A DNA stretch of 64,000 bases from Candidatus Aminicenantes bacterium (GTDB taxonomy: Bacteria; Acidobacteriota; Aminicenantia; Aminicenantales; JAFGBC01). The notes under the pieces were generated by a model. The model saw only the letters and a program-made list of their open reading frames with translations. It was not told where the DNA came from and did not search any database. The stretch is from positions 3,808,001 to 3,872,000 of the forward strand of contig OY969696.1 in assembly GCA_963702005.1 (NCBI GenBank). Reading direction: 5' to 3'. The number at the start of each line of letters is the position of its first letter. The stretch's first letter is position 1. Below are positions 1 through 8,568 of the stretch, in pieces. Position numbers and translations under genes: made by a program.

Positions 1-131
1 AGGATGGTCGACACAAGAATCTGGAGCGGCGTTTCGAATTCGAGGGCGGTGCGGCTTTGGGGGTAGGCTTTGCGGAGGAGCAGGATGATGTCGCCGAGGC
101 GATCAGCCGGTTTCTTCAAAAGCGCCTCCAT
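1..131 (-). CDS. nth: Endonuclease III, N-terminal part (runs off the window edge)
   Basis: Not in ORF track. Manual translation from ATG at 131, overlapping the nrdJ stop (TGATG): MEALLKKPADRLGDIILLLRKAYPQSRTALEFETPLQILVSTIL, the typical Nth N-terminus (YP..TAL.F..P.Q.LV.TIL). Confidence 0.8.
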   Translation of the reverse strand, partial: MEALLKKPADRLGDIILLLRKAYPQSRTALEFETPLQILVSTI

Positions 132-2275
132 CAAAACAAGCACATGCCGCTGACGCAGCCCCCCGAGTATTCGGGCCCGGCCGTCACGAAATCCAACCCG
201 TTCCAAGCCGGCCCGGTCCAGCCCTGGAGCTCGGGCCGCGCCTCGAAGCTTAAAACCTGCTCCTTCTTCGTCCCGTAGCGATAGACCGTGATCCCCTTGA
301 GCCCGAGCTCGTGGGCCATGGCGTAGATCTCGCGGATGTCGTCCGCGCTCGCCTCATAAGGCAGGTTGATCGTCTTGGACACGGAGTTGTCGGTGTGCCG
401 CTGGAAGGCGGCTTGGATCCGGATGTGCTGCGCGGGCGGGACGTCGAGGGCGGTCACGAAAACGCGGCGCAACTCCGCGGGTATGTCTTCGAGTCCCTGG
501 ATGGAACCGGCCTTCCCCACCCGCGCCATGAGGTCTTTGTTGGCGAGCCCCCGTTTCATCATCTCCTGCTCGAACGACGGGTGGACCTCGAATAGCTTGG
601 TCCCGGAGAGGACGTTGCGGACGAAGCTCAGGGCGAACAAAGGCTCGATTCCGCTCGAGCAGCCGGCGATGATCGAGATCGTTCCGGTCGGGGCGACGGT
701 GTTGAGGGTTGCGTTCCGAAGTTTCATCCGCCGCATCGCATAAACCGACTTCTCAAAGTACGGGAAAACACCGCGCTCCTCGGCCAGCCCGGTCGACGCT
801 TTAAGGGATTCCTCCCGCACGAACTTCATCACCTCGGAGGCGACCTTGACCGCCTCCTCGCTCGTGTAGGGCACGCCCAGCTTGATCAGAAGATCCGCGA
901 AGCCCATGATGCCCAGGCCGATCTTCCGGTTGCCGGTCGTCATGGCTTGGATTTCGGGCAGCGGATAGCGATTGACCTCGATGACGTCGTCCAGGAAGCG
1001 GACGCCCCAGCGAACCGCCCCTGCCAGCCTCTCCCAATCCAGGGCGCCGTCCTTGACAAAGAGCGCCAGGTTGATCGATCCGAGGTTGCAGCTTTCGTAG
1101 GGCAGGAGCGGGATCTCGCCGCAGGGATTGGTCGCTTCGATCCGGCCCAGGCCCGGCGTCGGATTGTGGCGGTTGATCTCGTCCACGAAGACGAGGCCCG
1201 GGTCGCCCGACTTCCAGGCCGAGAACACGATGAGGTCGTAAAGGTTTCTGGCCCGGATCGACTTGGCCGCTTTCCCGGTCCTGGGGTTGATAAGCTCGAA
1301 CGGCGTGTCCTTCTTGACCGCCTCCATGAAGGCGTCCGTGATCGCGACGCTTAGATTGAAATTCGTGAAGGCCGTCTCGTCGAGCTTGGCCTCGATGAAC
1401 TCGGCGATGTCGGGGTGGTCGCACCTTAGGATGCCCATGTTGGCGCCCCGGCGCCGCCCGCCCTGGACGATGACGCCCGTCGCCTGGTTGAAGATGCCCA
1501 TGAACGAGACGGGGCCCGAGGCCAGGCCCTTGGTCGTCTTGACCAGATCCCCCTTGGGACGCAGCCGCGAGAAGTCGAATCCCGTCCCCCCGCCCGTCTG
1601 GTGGATCTTGGCCATGTTGCGGAGGGCGCCGAAGATCCCGTCCATCGAGTCCTCGACCGGAAGGACGAAGCAGGCCGAGAGTTGCCCGAGGGTCGTCCCG
1701 GCGTTCATCAGGGTCGGCGAGTTGGGCATGAACTCGAGGGAGGTCATCATCCGGAAGAAGGCCTCTTCGGCCTCGGCCCGGCTCGCCTTCCCCTTGGGCT
1801 TGAAGGCGTCCTCAGCGGCGCTGACCGCGTTGGCGGCCCGGGCGAACAGCTCCCGGGGCGTCTCGATGATCGTCTGCTTGTCGTCCTTGAGGAGGTAGCG
1901 CGACCGCAGAACGAGGAGCGTGTTGAGTGGGAGCTTGAGATCGTCCTTGACGCCTAAAAAAACCTTGGTCAGCCGGGCCTTCTTATGCTCCTCGCGATAG
2001 ACGATATAGGCGCGGGCGATGGCCGCCTCGCCGATCTCCATCAGGACCCGTTCGACGATATCCTGAACGTCCTCGACCGTGACCGGACGCTGCTTGTGGA
2101 GGACGGCGGCCTTTTCCAGGATGCCGGGCAGGGCGCGGTCGGCCGCGGCCGCGGACTTGGTCTCATCCTGGAGGACCTCGAGGGCGGCCCGGAAAACCGC
2201 CCGGTGGATCTTACCGGGATCGAACGGGACGTCGGTCCCGTCGCGCTTTCTGATCTTGTCGATTGTCGTAGCCAC
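131..2275 (-). CDS. nrdJ: Adenosylcobalamin-dependent (class II) ribonucleotide reductase with N-terminal ATP-cone
   Basis: ATP-cone (IRKRDG..VPFD..KI), FMPNSPTLMNAG, QLSACFV, GGRRRGANM, catalytic TNPCGE, APTGTIS, C-terminal Cys pair; no nrdB nearby. Confidence 0.92.
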   Translation of the reverse strand: MATTIDKIRKRDGTDVPFDPGKIHRAVFRAALEVLQDETKSAAAADRALPGILEKAAVLHKQRPVTVEDVQDIVERVLMEIGEAAIARAYIVYREEHKKARLTKVFLGVKDDLKLPLNTLLVLRSRYLLKDDKQTIIETPRELFARAANAVSAAEDAFKPKGKASRAEAEEAFFRMMTSLEFMPNSPTLMNAGTTLGQLSACFVLPVEDSMDGIFGALRNMAKIHQTGGGTGFDFSRLRPKGDLVKTTKGLASGPVSFMGIFNQATGVIVQGGRRRGANMGILRCDHPDIAEFIEAKLDETAFTNFNLSVAITDAFMEAVKKDTPFELINPRTGKAAKSIRARNLYDLIVFSAWKSGDPGLVFVDEINRHNPTPGLGRIEATNPCGEIPLLPYESCNLGSINLALFVKDGALDWERLAGAVRWGVRFLDDVIEVNRYPLPEIQAMTTGNRKIGLGIMGFADLLIKLGVPYTSEEAVKVASEVMKFVREESLKASTGLAEERGVFPYFEKSVYAMRRMKLRNATLNTVAPTGTISIIAGCSSGIEPLFALSFVRNVLSGTKLFEVHPSFEQEMMKRGLANKDLMARVGKAGSIQGLEDIPAELRRVFVTALDVPPAQHIRIQAAFQRHTDNSVSKTINLPYEASADDIREIYAMAHELGLKGITVYRYGTKKEQVLSFEARPELQGWTGPAWNGLDFVTAGPEYSGGCVSGMCLF

Positions 2276-2310
2276 GTAAATATTCTCTTTACATTATATG
2301 CATAGTCTCG

Positions 2311-2367
2311 GAATTCTGGGGACACACGACTTAATTCTAAGAATTAAGTCGTGTGTCCCCAGAATTC
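2311..2367. repeat. REP-like perfect palindrome, GGGGACAC family, copy 1
   Basis: GAATTCTGGGGACACACGACTTAATTC-TAA-GAATTAAGTCGTGTGTCCCCAGAATTC (27-bp perfect arms); same arms at 26605-26683. Confidence 0.9.
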
Positions 2368-3482
2368 TACACGCCGAGTTCCGATCTAAGCTGCAAGGCC
2401 TTGAGGACATCGTTCCGGCAGATGATGCCCGCGATCCTCTCCCCGTCCATGACCGGGATCTGGTGGATGTCCTTGGCCGTCAGGCTGTTGAGGATGGAAT
2501 TCCCGTCGGCGCCCAGGGGCACCGACTCGAGCTTCTCGCGCGGGGTCATGATGTCACCGACCGCCGTCGAGCGCCACTTGACCCGCGGCGTCTCTTTAAC
2601 GTCCTCAAGACAAACGATCCCCTTGAGCTCATTCTTATCCGTGACCAGGAAGACGCGCTCCCTCTTCTTTAGGATGTAGTCGTCGACGAGCTTTTGGACC
2701 CTGAGGCCGGCGTCGACCGTTTCGAACTCGGTCGTCATGAGGTCCTCCGCATGGAGACCCTCGAGCATGGTCTTGACCACGACCTGCTCGTAGCCCCGGA
2801 CGGCCGCGTTATGGAGGAACCAGCCGATCAGGATGGGCCAGACCCCGCCGAAGTTGCCGCGCAGGACCTGGAAGATCCCGACGAAGACGAGCAGGAAAGC
2901 GAAGGCCTGGCCGGTGATCGACGCGACGCGGGTTGCCTTGCGGAGGTTCCCGGTCAGCTTCCAGATGATGGAACGGAGGACGCGGCCGCCGTCCATCGGG
3001 AAGCCGGGAAGGAGGTTAAAGACGGCGAGGGTGACGTTGATGACGGCCAGGTAGGAGGCGGCGGCCAAAAGCGGCGCGCTCACGCCCCGGAGCAGGATCG
3101 AAATGATGAAGAAGAGCGCGGCCAGGACGAGGCTGGACAGCGGCCCGACCACGGCCATGCTGAATTCCTTGAAGGGTTCCTTGGGTTCCTCGCTGATCTG
3201 GGCGACCCCGCCTAAAATAAACAGGGTGATGCTCCGGACCTTCTCGCCGTTCCGGATGGCGACGACCGAGTGGGCGAGCTCGTGGGCGAGGACCGAGGCG
3301 AACAGCAACAGGCTGGTCATGATCCCCAGGATCCAGTAAAGGTTCCGCGACTCGCCGGGCAGGCTCCGCGGGTAGTAGCTCCCGGCCAGGACGAAGCTGA
3401 ATAAAAAGAAGATGACGATCCAGCTCGAATCGACCTTGATGTCGATCCCGAAGATGCGGCCGATCCGCCATGCGTATTTCAT
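2367..3482 (-). CDS. Site-2 protease (M50) with C-terminal CBS pair
   Basis: HELAH motif, NLLPGFPMDGG motif, TM helices, two CBS domains. Confidence 0.92.
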   Translation of the reverse strand: MKYAWRIGRIFGIDIKVDSSWIVIFFLFSFVLAGSYYPRSLPGESRNLYWILGIMTSLLLFASVLAHELAHSVVAIRNGEKVRSITLFILGGVAQISEEPKEPFKEFSMAVVGPLSSLVLAALFFIISILLRGVSAPLLAAASYLAVINVTLAVFNLLPGFPMDGGRVLRSIIWKLTGNLRKATRVASITGQAFAFLLVFVGIFQVLRGNFGGVWPILIGWFLHNAAVRGYEQVVVKTMLEGLHAEDLMTTEFETVDAGLRVQKLVDDYILKKRERVFLVTDKNELKGIVCLEDVKETPRVKWRSTAVGDIMTPREKLESVPLGADGNSILNSLTAKDIHQIPVMDGERIAGIICRNDVLKALQLRSELGV

Positions 3483-3502
3483 GGGTCCCTCGTTCTCAGG
3501 CC

Positions 3503-4012
3503 TCAGGGCCCGACATGGAAGAGGTCCTGGGCTTCATGGAACTTCTCGACGTTGTAGTAATCCGGGTACTTCTCGAGAAGGTCGATTTCGCTCCGGATCA
3601 TGAAGAAGTGGCTGCGCTCGACCCGGCTCAAATACTCCAGGATCCGGCGGCCGTCGGGGTCCTGGGCAGACTTGGCCGCGGCGCCGTAATACTCCTCCGA
3701 CTTTTTCTCGGCGTTAAGCGCGATCCTGAACAGGTCCAGGGCGGGCGAGGCGTCGGAGAAGGCCGCCTCCTCGGGCTTGAGGAACGAGCGGTCCGGGATA
3801 TGGATCTCGCGCTTCCCGAACAGCTGCCCGAACAGCCTCTCCAAGATTTTCCGGTGTTTCTCTTCCTCATAGGCCAGGAATTTAAGCTTCTGGAGGAGGA
3901 GCTCGTTGCGAACCTTGCCCTGGAGCTTCGTGTAGAAATCCGCGGCGTCGATCTCCGCCTTGATCGCCGACTCTAAGACCTGGTCGGGTTTCATCGTGGG
4001 TGTGACTGCCAT
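3503..4012 (-). CDS. Ferritin-like/rubrerythrin family di-iron protein
   Basis: AIKAE..A..FY, EEEKH, AEK.S..YY and ERSH di-iron motifs. Confidence 0.85.
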   Translation of the reverse strand: MAVTPTMKPDQVLESAIKAEIDAADFYTKLQGKVRNELLLQKLKFLAYEEEKHRKILERLFGQLFGKREIHIPDRSFLKPEEAAFSDASPALDLFRIALNAEKKSEEYYGAAAKSAQDPDGRRILEYLSRVERSHFFMIRSEIDLLEKYPDYYNVEKFHEAQDLFHVGP

Positions 4013-4058
4013 TTTATTCCTCCCCCCAAATCTCCGCCGCTCGAGGCGGGCTTGGAAA

Positions 4059-4562
4059 TCAGAACTTGACGAATTTCTGTTTGGGGGCGCCGCAGATCGG
4101 ACACTTATCCGGGGCGTCGCCCTCGACCGTGAACCCGCACATCGAGCAAACCTGGACGGCTCGCAGCTCGGCGTCCTTGCCCTTGTCGACGGCCTCCTTG
4201 ACGCGGGCGTAGAGGCCGGAGTGGACCTTCTCGGCCTCGCTCGCCGCGTAGAACCTCATCTTGGCCTCCTTCTCGCCCTGGCGGTCGGCGACGGCCATGT
4301 AGGCGTCGTACATTTCGGCCACCTCGAAGTTCTCTCCGGCCATGGCGCCGGTGAGGTTCTCGGAGGTCTTGCCGATGCCGGACAGCGTCTTCAGGTGATT
4401 CGTGGCATGGATCTGTTCCGAGAAAGAGGCGGCCTTGAACAGGCGGGCGACGTTGGGGAAGTTATCGGCGGCGGCCTTATCCGCGAACGACATGTACTTC
4501 ATATGGGCCTGGCTCTCGCCGGCGAAAGCATTCTTAAGGTTTTCCTCGGTCATCTTTTTCAT
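4059..4562 (-). CDS. rbr: Rubrerythrin
   Basis: TEENLKNAFAGESQA, EQIHA, EKVH, and C-terminal CSMCG...CPICGAPK rubredoxin-like domain. Confidence 0.92.
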   Translation of the reverse strand: MKKMTEENLKNAFAGESQAHMKYMSFADKAAADNFPNVARLFKAASFSEQIHATNHLKTLSGIGKTSENLTGAMAGENFEVAEMYDAYMAVADRQGEKEAKMRFYAASEAEKVHSGLYARVKEAVDKGKDAELRAVQVCSMCGFTVEGDAPDKCPICGAPKQKFVKF

Positions 4563-4593
4563 GAGGCTCTCTTCTCCTTTTAGGATTCGGACT

Positions 4594-5499
4594 TTAGATG
4601 CGGATCATTTTTTCGATGGCCGTCCGGGCCCGGTCCGCGATGTGTTCGGGGACCGTGATCCGCGGCTCGAGTTTTTCAAGGGCGGTCAGGACCTTGGCCA
4701 GCGTCGTTTTCTTCATGTTGACGCAGAGGGAGGTGGCCTTGATCGGAATGAAGCTCTTGCCCGGGTTCTCCTTGGCCAGGCGATAGGTCATACCGGCCTC
4801 GGTCGCCAGCACGACCTCGCGCCGCGACGTCGCCCGCGCCTCGGCGACCATCTGCCCGGTCGAGAGCGTCTTGTCGGCGAGGTCGATGACCTCGGGCCGG
4901 CACTCGGGGTGGGCCCAGATCTCGGCCTCGGGGCGCTCGCGCCGGGCCCGGTGGACGTCGTCCGCGTAGATCGTGTGATGGACGTAGCAGTAGCCGTCCC
5001 AGGGGACGATCTTCTTCCTCGAAGTCCGGGCGACGAAGGCGGCCAGGTTCTTGTCGGGGACAAACAGGACCTCGGCCGCGTCGAGGGATTCGACGACCTT
5101 GACCGCGTTCGACGAGGTGCAGCACACGTCGCTCTCGGCCTTGACCTCGGCCGAAGTGTTGATGTAGCAAACGACGGGACGGCCCGGATAGCGCGCCTTC
5201 CAGACGCGGAGCTGCTCGGCCGTGATCATGTCCGACATCGGGCAGCCGGCCTCGATCTCGGGGAGAATGACGTACTTGCGGGGCGCCAGGATGGCGGCCG
5301 TCTCGGCCATGAAACGGACGCCGCAGAAGACGATGAGACTGGCCTCGGTCGCGGCCGCTTTCCGGCTCAGCTCCAGGGAATCGCCCAGGATGTCGGCCGC
5401 GTCCTGGACCTCGCCCGGCTGGTAGTTGTGGGCGAGTACGACGGCGTTTCTCTCCTTCTTGAGGAGGGCGATCCGTTCCATCGTCTGGGCTCGATTCAT
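4594..5499 (-). CDS. nadA: Quinolinate synthase A
   Basis: LAHNYQ, FCGVRFMAETA, AGCPMS, YINTSA, CTSSNA, AHPEC. Confidence 0.95.
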   Translation of the reverse strand: MNRAQTMERIALLKKERNAVVLAHNYQPGEVQDAADILGDSLELSRKAAATEASLIVFCGVRFMAETAAILAPRKYVILPEIEAGCPMSDMITAEQLRVWKARYPGRPVVCYINTSAEVKAESDVCCTSSNAVKVVESLDAAEVLFVPDKNLAAFVARTSRKKIVPWDGYCYVHHTIYADDVHRARRERPEAEIWAHPECRPEVIDLADKTLSTGQMVAEARATSRREVVLATEAGMTYRLAKENPGKSFIPIKATSLCVNMKKTTLAKVLTALEKLEPRITVPEHIADRARTAIEKMIRI

Positions 5500-5556
5500 G
5501 GTCTGACCTCTATGCCTCCCTCATGGCGCCGCCGGCGGCGCGGACCCCGGGGCCCG

Positions 5557-6132
5557 TCAGCCGATCCGCGCGCCGCAGTGGGAGCATTCCTCGGCGTTCT
5601 TGTTGGTGAGCTCGCCGCAGTGGGCGCACTCCTCGAGTTCGACTAGGCACTTTCCGCAAAAATCCTTGGTCCCATCGATCGGGCCGTCGCAGTAGGGACA
5701 GCCCTCCTCGGTTTTGTGGGCGGGATGGGCGACCGGAACCGCCTCTCCCTCCCGCGCCGCCGGCGCGTGCTTGGCCCGGTAATCCTCGATGGCCTTGTGG
5801 AGGGCGTCGGCGCCCAGGTTCGAGCAGTGCATCTTGTTCTTGGGGAGGCCGCCCAGCTCTTCGGCGACCGAGTCGTTGCTGATCTTCATGGCCTCGTCGA
5901 GGGTCTTGCCCATGGCCATCTCGCTGACCATGCTCGAGACGGCGATGGCCGCGCCGCAGCCGAAGGTCTGGAATTTGATGTCGGCCAGCTTGCCGTCCTT
6001 GACCTTGATGTAGAAGGTCATCATATCCCCGCAGACCGGGTTCCCGACCTGGCCGACGCCGTCGGCGTCCGGGAGGGTCCCGACGTTGCGGGGGTTCGAA
6101 AAATGCTCCATGACTTTATCGCTGTAGATCAT
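5557..6132 (-). CDS. iscU: Fe-S scaffold IscU/NifU-N with C-terminal double zinc ribbon
   Basis: YSDKVMEHF.NPRNVG, GNPVCGD, FQTFGCGAAIA, KMHCSNL; tail with four CxxC motifs. Confidence 0.9.
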   Translation of the reverse strand: MIYSDKVMEHFSNPRNVGTLPDADGVGQVGNPVCGDMMTFYIKVKDGKLADIKFQTFGCGAAIAVSSMVSEMAMGKTLDEAMKISNDSVAEELGGLPKNKMHCSNLGADALHKAIEDYRAKHAPAAREGEAVPVAHPAHKTEEGCPYCDGPIDGTKDFCGKCLVELEECAHCGELTNKNAEECSHCGARIG

Positions 6133-7310
6133 GACGTCCGCTCCTTGAGGAATTCCGTGTAGAGAGGCGACATCTTGCGAAGCCGCTCGATAATGGGCGG
6201 GAACTCGGCCAGGACGAAATCGATGTCGGCGGCCGTCGTCCCGTCGATGAGGCTGAAGACGATCGAGCCCTGGGCCGTGGCGTGGTCGAGGCCCATGGCC
6301 AGGAGGACGTGGGAAACCTTGAGCGACTTCGAGGTGCAGGCCGAGCCGCTCGAGACCGAGATCCCCTTCATGTCGAGGTGGAGGAGCATCCCCTCGCCCT
6401 CGACGAACCGGATGCAGAAGCTCGCCTGATGAGGCAGCCGGCGCTCGCGCCGGCCGGTCACGACGATTTCGGGGACGCGGCGCGGGAGTTCGTCGAGGAG
6501 CCGGTCGCGCAGGACGCGCAGGCGTTCGGCCCGCTCGGGAAGCTGGCGGCGTGCGATCTCGGCCGCTTGGCCCATCCCGACGATGGCCGGGACGTTCTCG
6601 GTGCCGCCCCGCTTCCCGCCTTCTTGGATCCCGCCGTCGATGAGAGGCTGAACGCGCGTCCCTTTTTTGAGGAAGAGCGCGCCGCTCCCCTTGGGCCCGT
6701 AGAACTGGTCGCCGGCCAGGCTCAGGGCGTCGACGTTGAGGGCGCGGACATCGACGGGGATACTGCCCACGGCGGCGACCGCGTCGGTGTGGACGGGGAC
6801 GGCGCGCTTGCGGCAGATCGCGGCGATCTCGGCGACGGGCTCGATCGTCCCGACCTCGGAGTTGGCGAGCATGATCGAGACAAAGACGGTCTCCTCGGTC
6901 AGGGCTTTCTCGACCTGAGCCGGATCGACGAGCCCCGTCCCGTCGACGGGGACGAGGGTTGTCCCGAAGCCCGACTTCTCGAGGGAGCGGGCCGCGTTGA
7001 GGACGGAGGAATGCTCGATCGCCGAAAGGACTATATGCTTTCCCTTGTCGCGCCGGGCGAGGGCCAGGCCCTTGACGGCGAGATTGTTGGCCTCGGAGCC
7101 GCTCGCGCTGAAGACGATCTCGGCCGGGTCGGCGTTGACGAGGGCGGCGACCTTCTCGCGGGCGTCCTCGACGGCAAGGGAAGCTTCCTGTCCCAGGGAA
7201 TGGAGGCTCTGGGCGTTCCCGTACTTCTCTTTGAGGAAGGGGAGCATCGCCTTGAACGCCTCGGGATGGAGAGGGGTTGCGGCGATATGGTCGAGATAGA
7301 TCCGCTTCAT
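6129..7310 (-). CDS. iscS: Cysteine desulfurase (IscS/NifS)
   Basis: IYLDH.A.TP, HTDAVAA, FYGPKG, GGTENV, SSGSACTS; ATG at 7310 behind a GGAGGGAG RBS. Confidence 0.9.
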   Translation of the reverse strand: MKRIYLDHIAATPLHPEAFKAMLPFLKEKYGNAQSLHSLGQEASLAVEDAREKVAALVNADPAEIVFSASGSEANNLAVKGLALARRDKGKHIVLSAIEHSSVLNAARSLEKSGFGTTLVPVDGTGLVDPAQVEKALTEETVFVSIMLANSEVGTIEPVAEIAAICRKRAVPVHTDAVAAVGSIPVDVRALNVDALSLAGDQFYGPKGSGALFLKKGTRVQPLIDGGIQEGGKRGGTENVPAIVGMGQAAEIARRQLPERAERLRVLRDRLLDELPRRVPEIVVTGRRERRLPHQASFCIRFVEGEGMLLHLDMKGISVSSGSACTSKSLKVSHVLLAMGLDHATAQGSIVFSLIDGTTAADIDFVLAEFPPIIERLRKMSPLYTEFLKERTS

Positions 7311-7418
7311 GCTCCCTCCGTCCAACGGCCTTCCCCTTACCTTACCCTTGACAACGGGGTTCGTGCGCCGCGTCCGGCCCCTCGCTGGAACCGTGTCCGC
7401 CCGGCGCCACGGTATGCT

Positions 7419-7637
7419 TCAAATGGACTGGACTTCCTTGATCTCGGGAATTTCTTTCTTGAGGATCCGTTCTATCCCCATCTTGAGCGTCATCTGGGAC
7501 ATCGGACAGCCGCCGCAGGCGCCCTTGAGCCGGAGCTTGACCACGCCGTCCTGGTATCCAACGAGCTCGACGTCTCCGCCGTCGGCCTGGAGGGAAGGAC
7601 GGACCTTCTTGAGGGCTTCTTCAATCTTTTCCTTCAT
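7419..7637 (-). CDS. Nfu/NifU C-terminal-type Fe-S carrier protein
   Basis: VRPSLQADGGDVELV...GACGGCPMS; ATG at 7637 with GAGGAG RBS. Confidence 0.9.
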   Translation of the reverse strand: MKEKIEEALKKVRPSLQADGGDVELVGYQDGVVKLRLKGACGGCPMSQMTLKMGIERILKKEIPEIKEVQSI

Positions 7638-7711
7638 GGGGGTTCTCCTCAGGAGCGTATTATACACAAAACCCAAGCTCGATTCTATATAATATGATTT
7701 CTATAGGATTT

Positions 7712-7822
7712 GTCAAATCCTCGACTCCCCGGCATGAATGCCGGGGCCTGGTCAGGATTAACCCTGAGCTGCGCTTCTCATCCCCGCCTTTCAGGGCGGG
7801 GTAGCGTCGGCGAACGGGTCAA
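7712..7822 (-). mobile_element. Non-autonomous IS200/IS605-like palindromic mini-element (PATE-like), copy A, minimal form
   Basis: Minus strand: TTGAC-CCGTTCGCCGACGCTA-[CCCCGCCCTGAAAGGCGGGG]...[CCCCGGCATTCATGCCGGGG]-AGTCGAGGATTTGAC. Two subterminal hairpins; same ends at 14332-14446 and 26812-27134. Confidence 0.7.
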
Positions 7823-7976
7823 TTAAGATATTCTGCTCTCTATGCCTTGGCTGTGCCAACTCATTGATAAATAATCGTTTGCCATTATTTGATTTATTAT
7901 CAATGTATTATGACAGACGAGCTGCAATGGAGGGCAATATAGATATAGGTGGACGGGGCGGACGTCTCGGTGTAAA

Positions 7977-8528
7977 ATGTTACGTCAGCCCAAGGCCGGG
8001 AGGGGCCGCGTGACGTTAGACGATATCAAGAAGCTCGACACGGTTACCTCGGAGCGACTCCGAGTTCACGACGGAAACCGCATCTGGAAGGCGTTGGCCA
8101 TGGTTACGGCCCATACCGGGGACCTCTGGGTCCTCCTCCCTCTCCTCGGCCTGCTCTGGCTCCTGGAAAAAGGGGCCTGGCGTCGTTTCGCCTTGGTCCA
8201 GGCCGCGTTCATTTTCGTCACCGCCGCGGCCGTCTTCCTCATCAAGTATGCGATCCGGCGACGTCGCCCCGACGGCGAATTCGGGAGCATCTACCGCCTC
8301 CTCGACCCCCACTCATTCCCCTCGGGACACGCCGCCCGGGCCGTAGGCATGGCCGTCCTCTCGGCGCCGCTCGTCCCGGTCTGGGCTATTCCCCTTCTTG
8401 CCGTCTGGGTCCTCGGCGTCGGGATCTCCCGGGTTGCGCTGCGCCTGCACTACGTCCTGGACATCTTGGCCGGCTACGGAATGGGGACGGCGATCGGCGT
8501 CGCGATACTCGGGTTCAACGCCCTGTGA
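7977..8528 (+). CDS. PAP2-family membrane phosphatase
   Basis: KxxxxRxRP, SFPSGH and SRxxxxxHxxxD motifs. Confidence 0.9.
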   Translation: MLRQPKAGRGRVTLDDIKKLDTVTSERLRVHDGNRIWKALAMVTAHTGDLWVLLPLLGLLWLLEKGAWRRFALVQAAFIFVTAAAVFLIKYAIRRRRPDGEFGSIYRLLDPHSFPSGHAARAVGMAVLSAPLVPVWAIPLLAVWVLGVGISRVALRLHYVLDILAGYGMGTAIGVAILGFNAL

Positions 8529-8568
8529 AATACGACGAAGCCGAACGACCCCCCGATCCCGCGCCCTC

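Noticed and set aside
2291-2306. NrdR box upstream of nrdJ
   Set aside because: ACATTATATGCATAGT is only a partial match and is equally explained by a TATAAT -10 box.
3503-7637. Selenocysteine (UGA) read-through in redox/Fe-S genes
   Set aside because: Expected Cys motifs are present and the ORFs are full length; no in-frame UGA at catalytic positions was seen.
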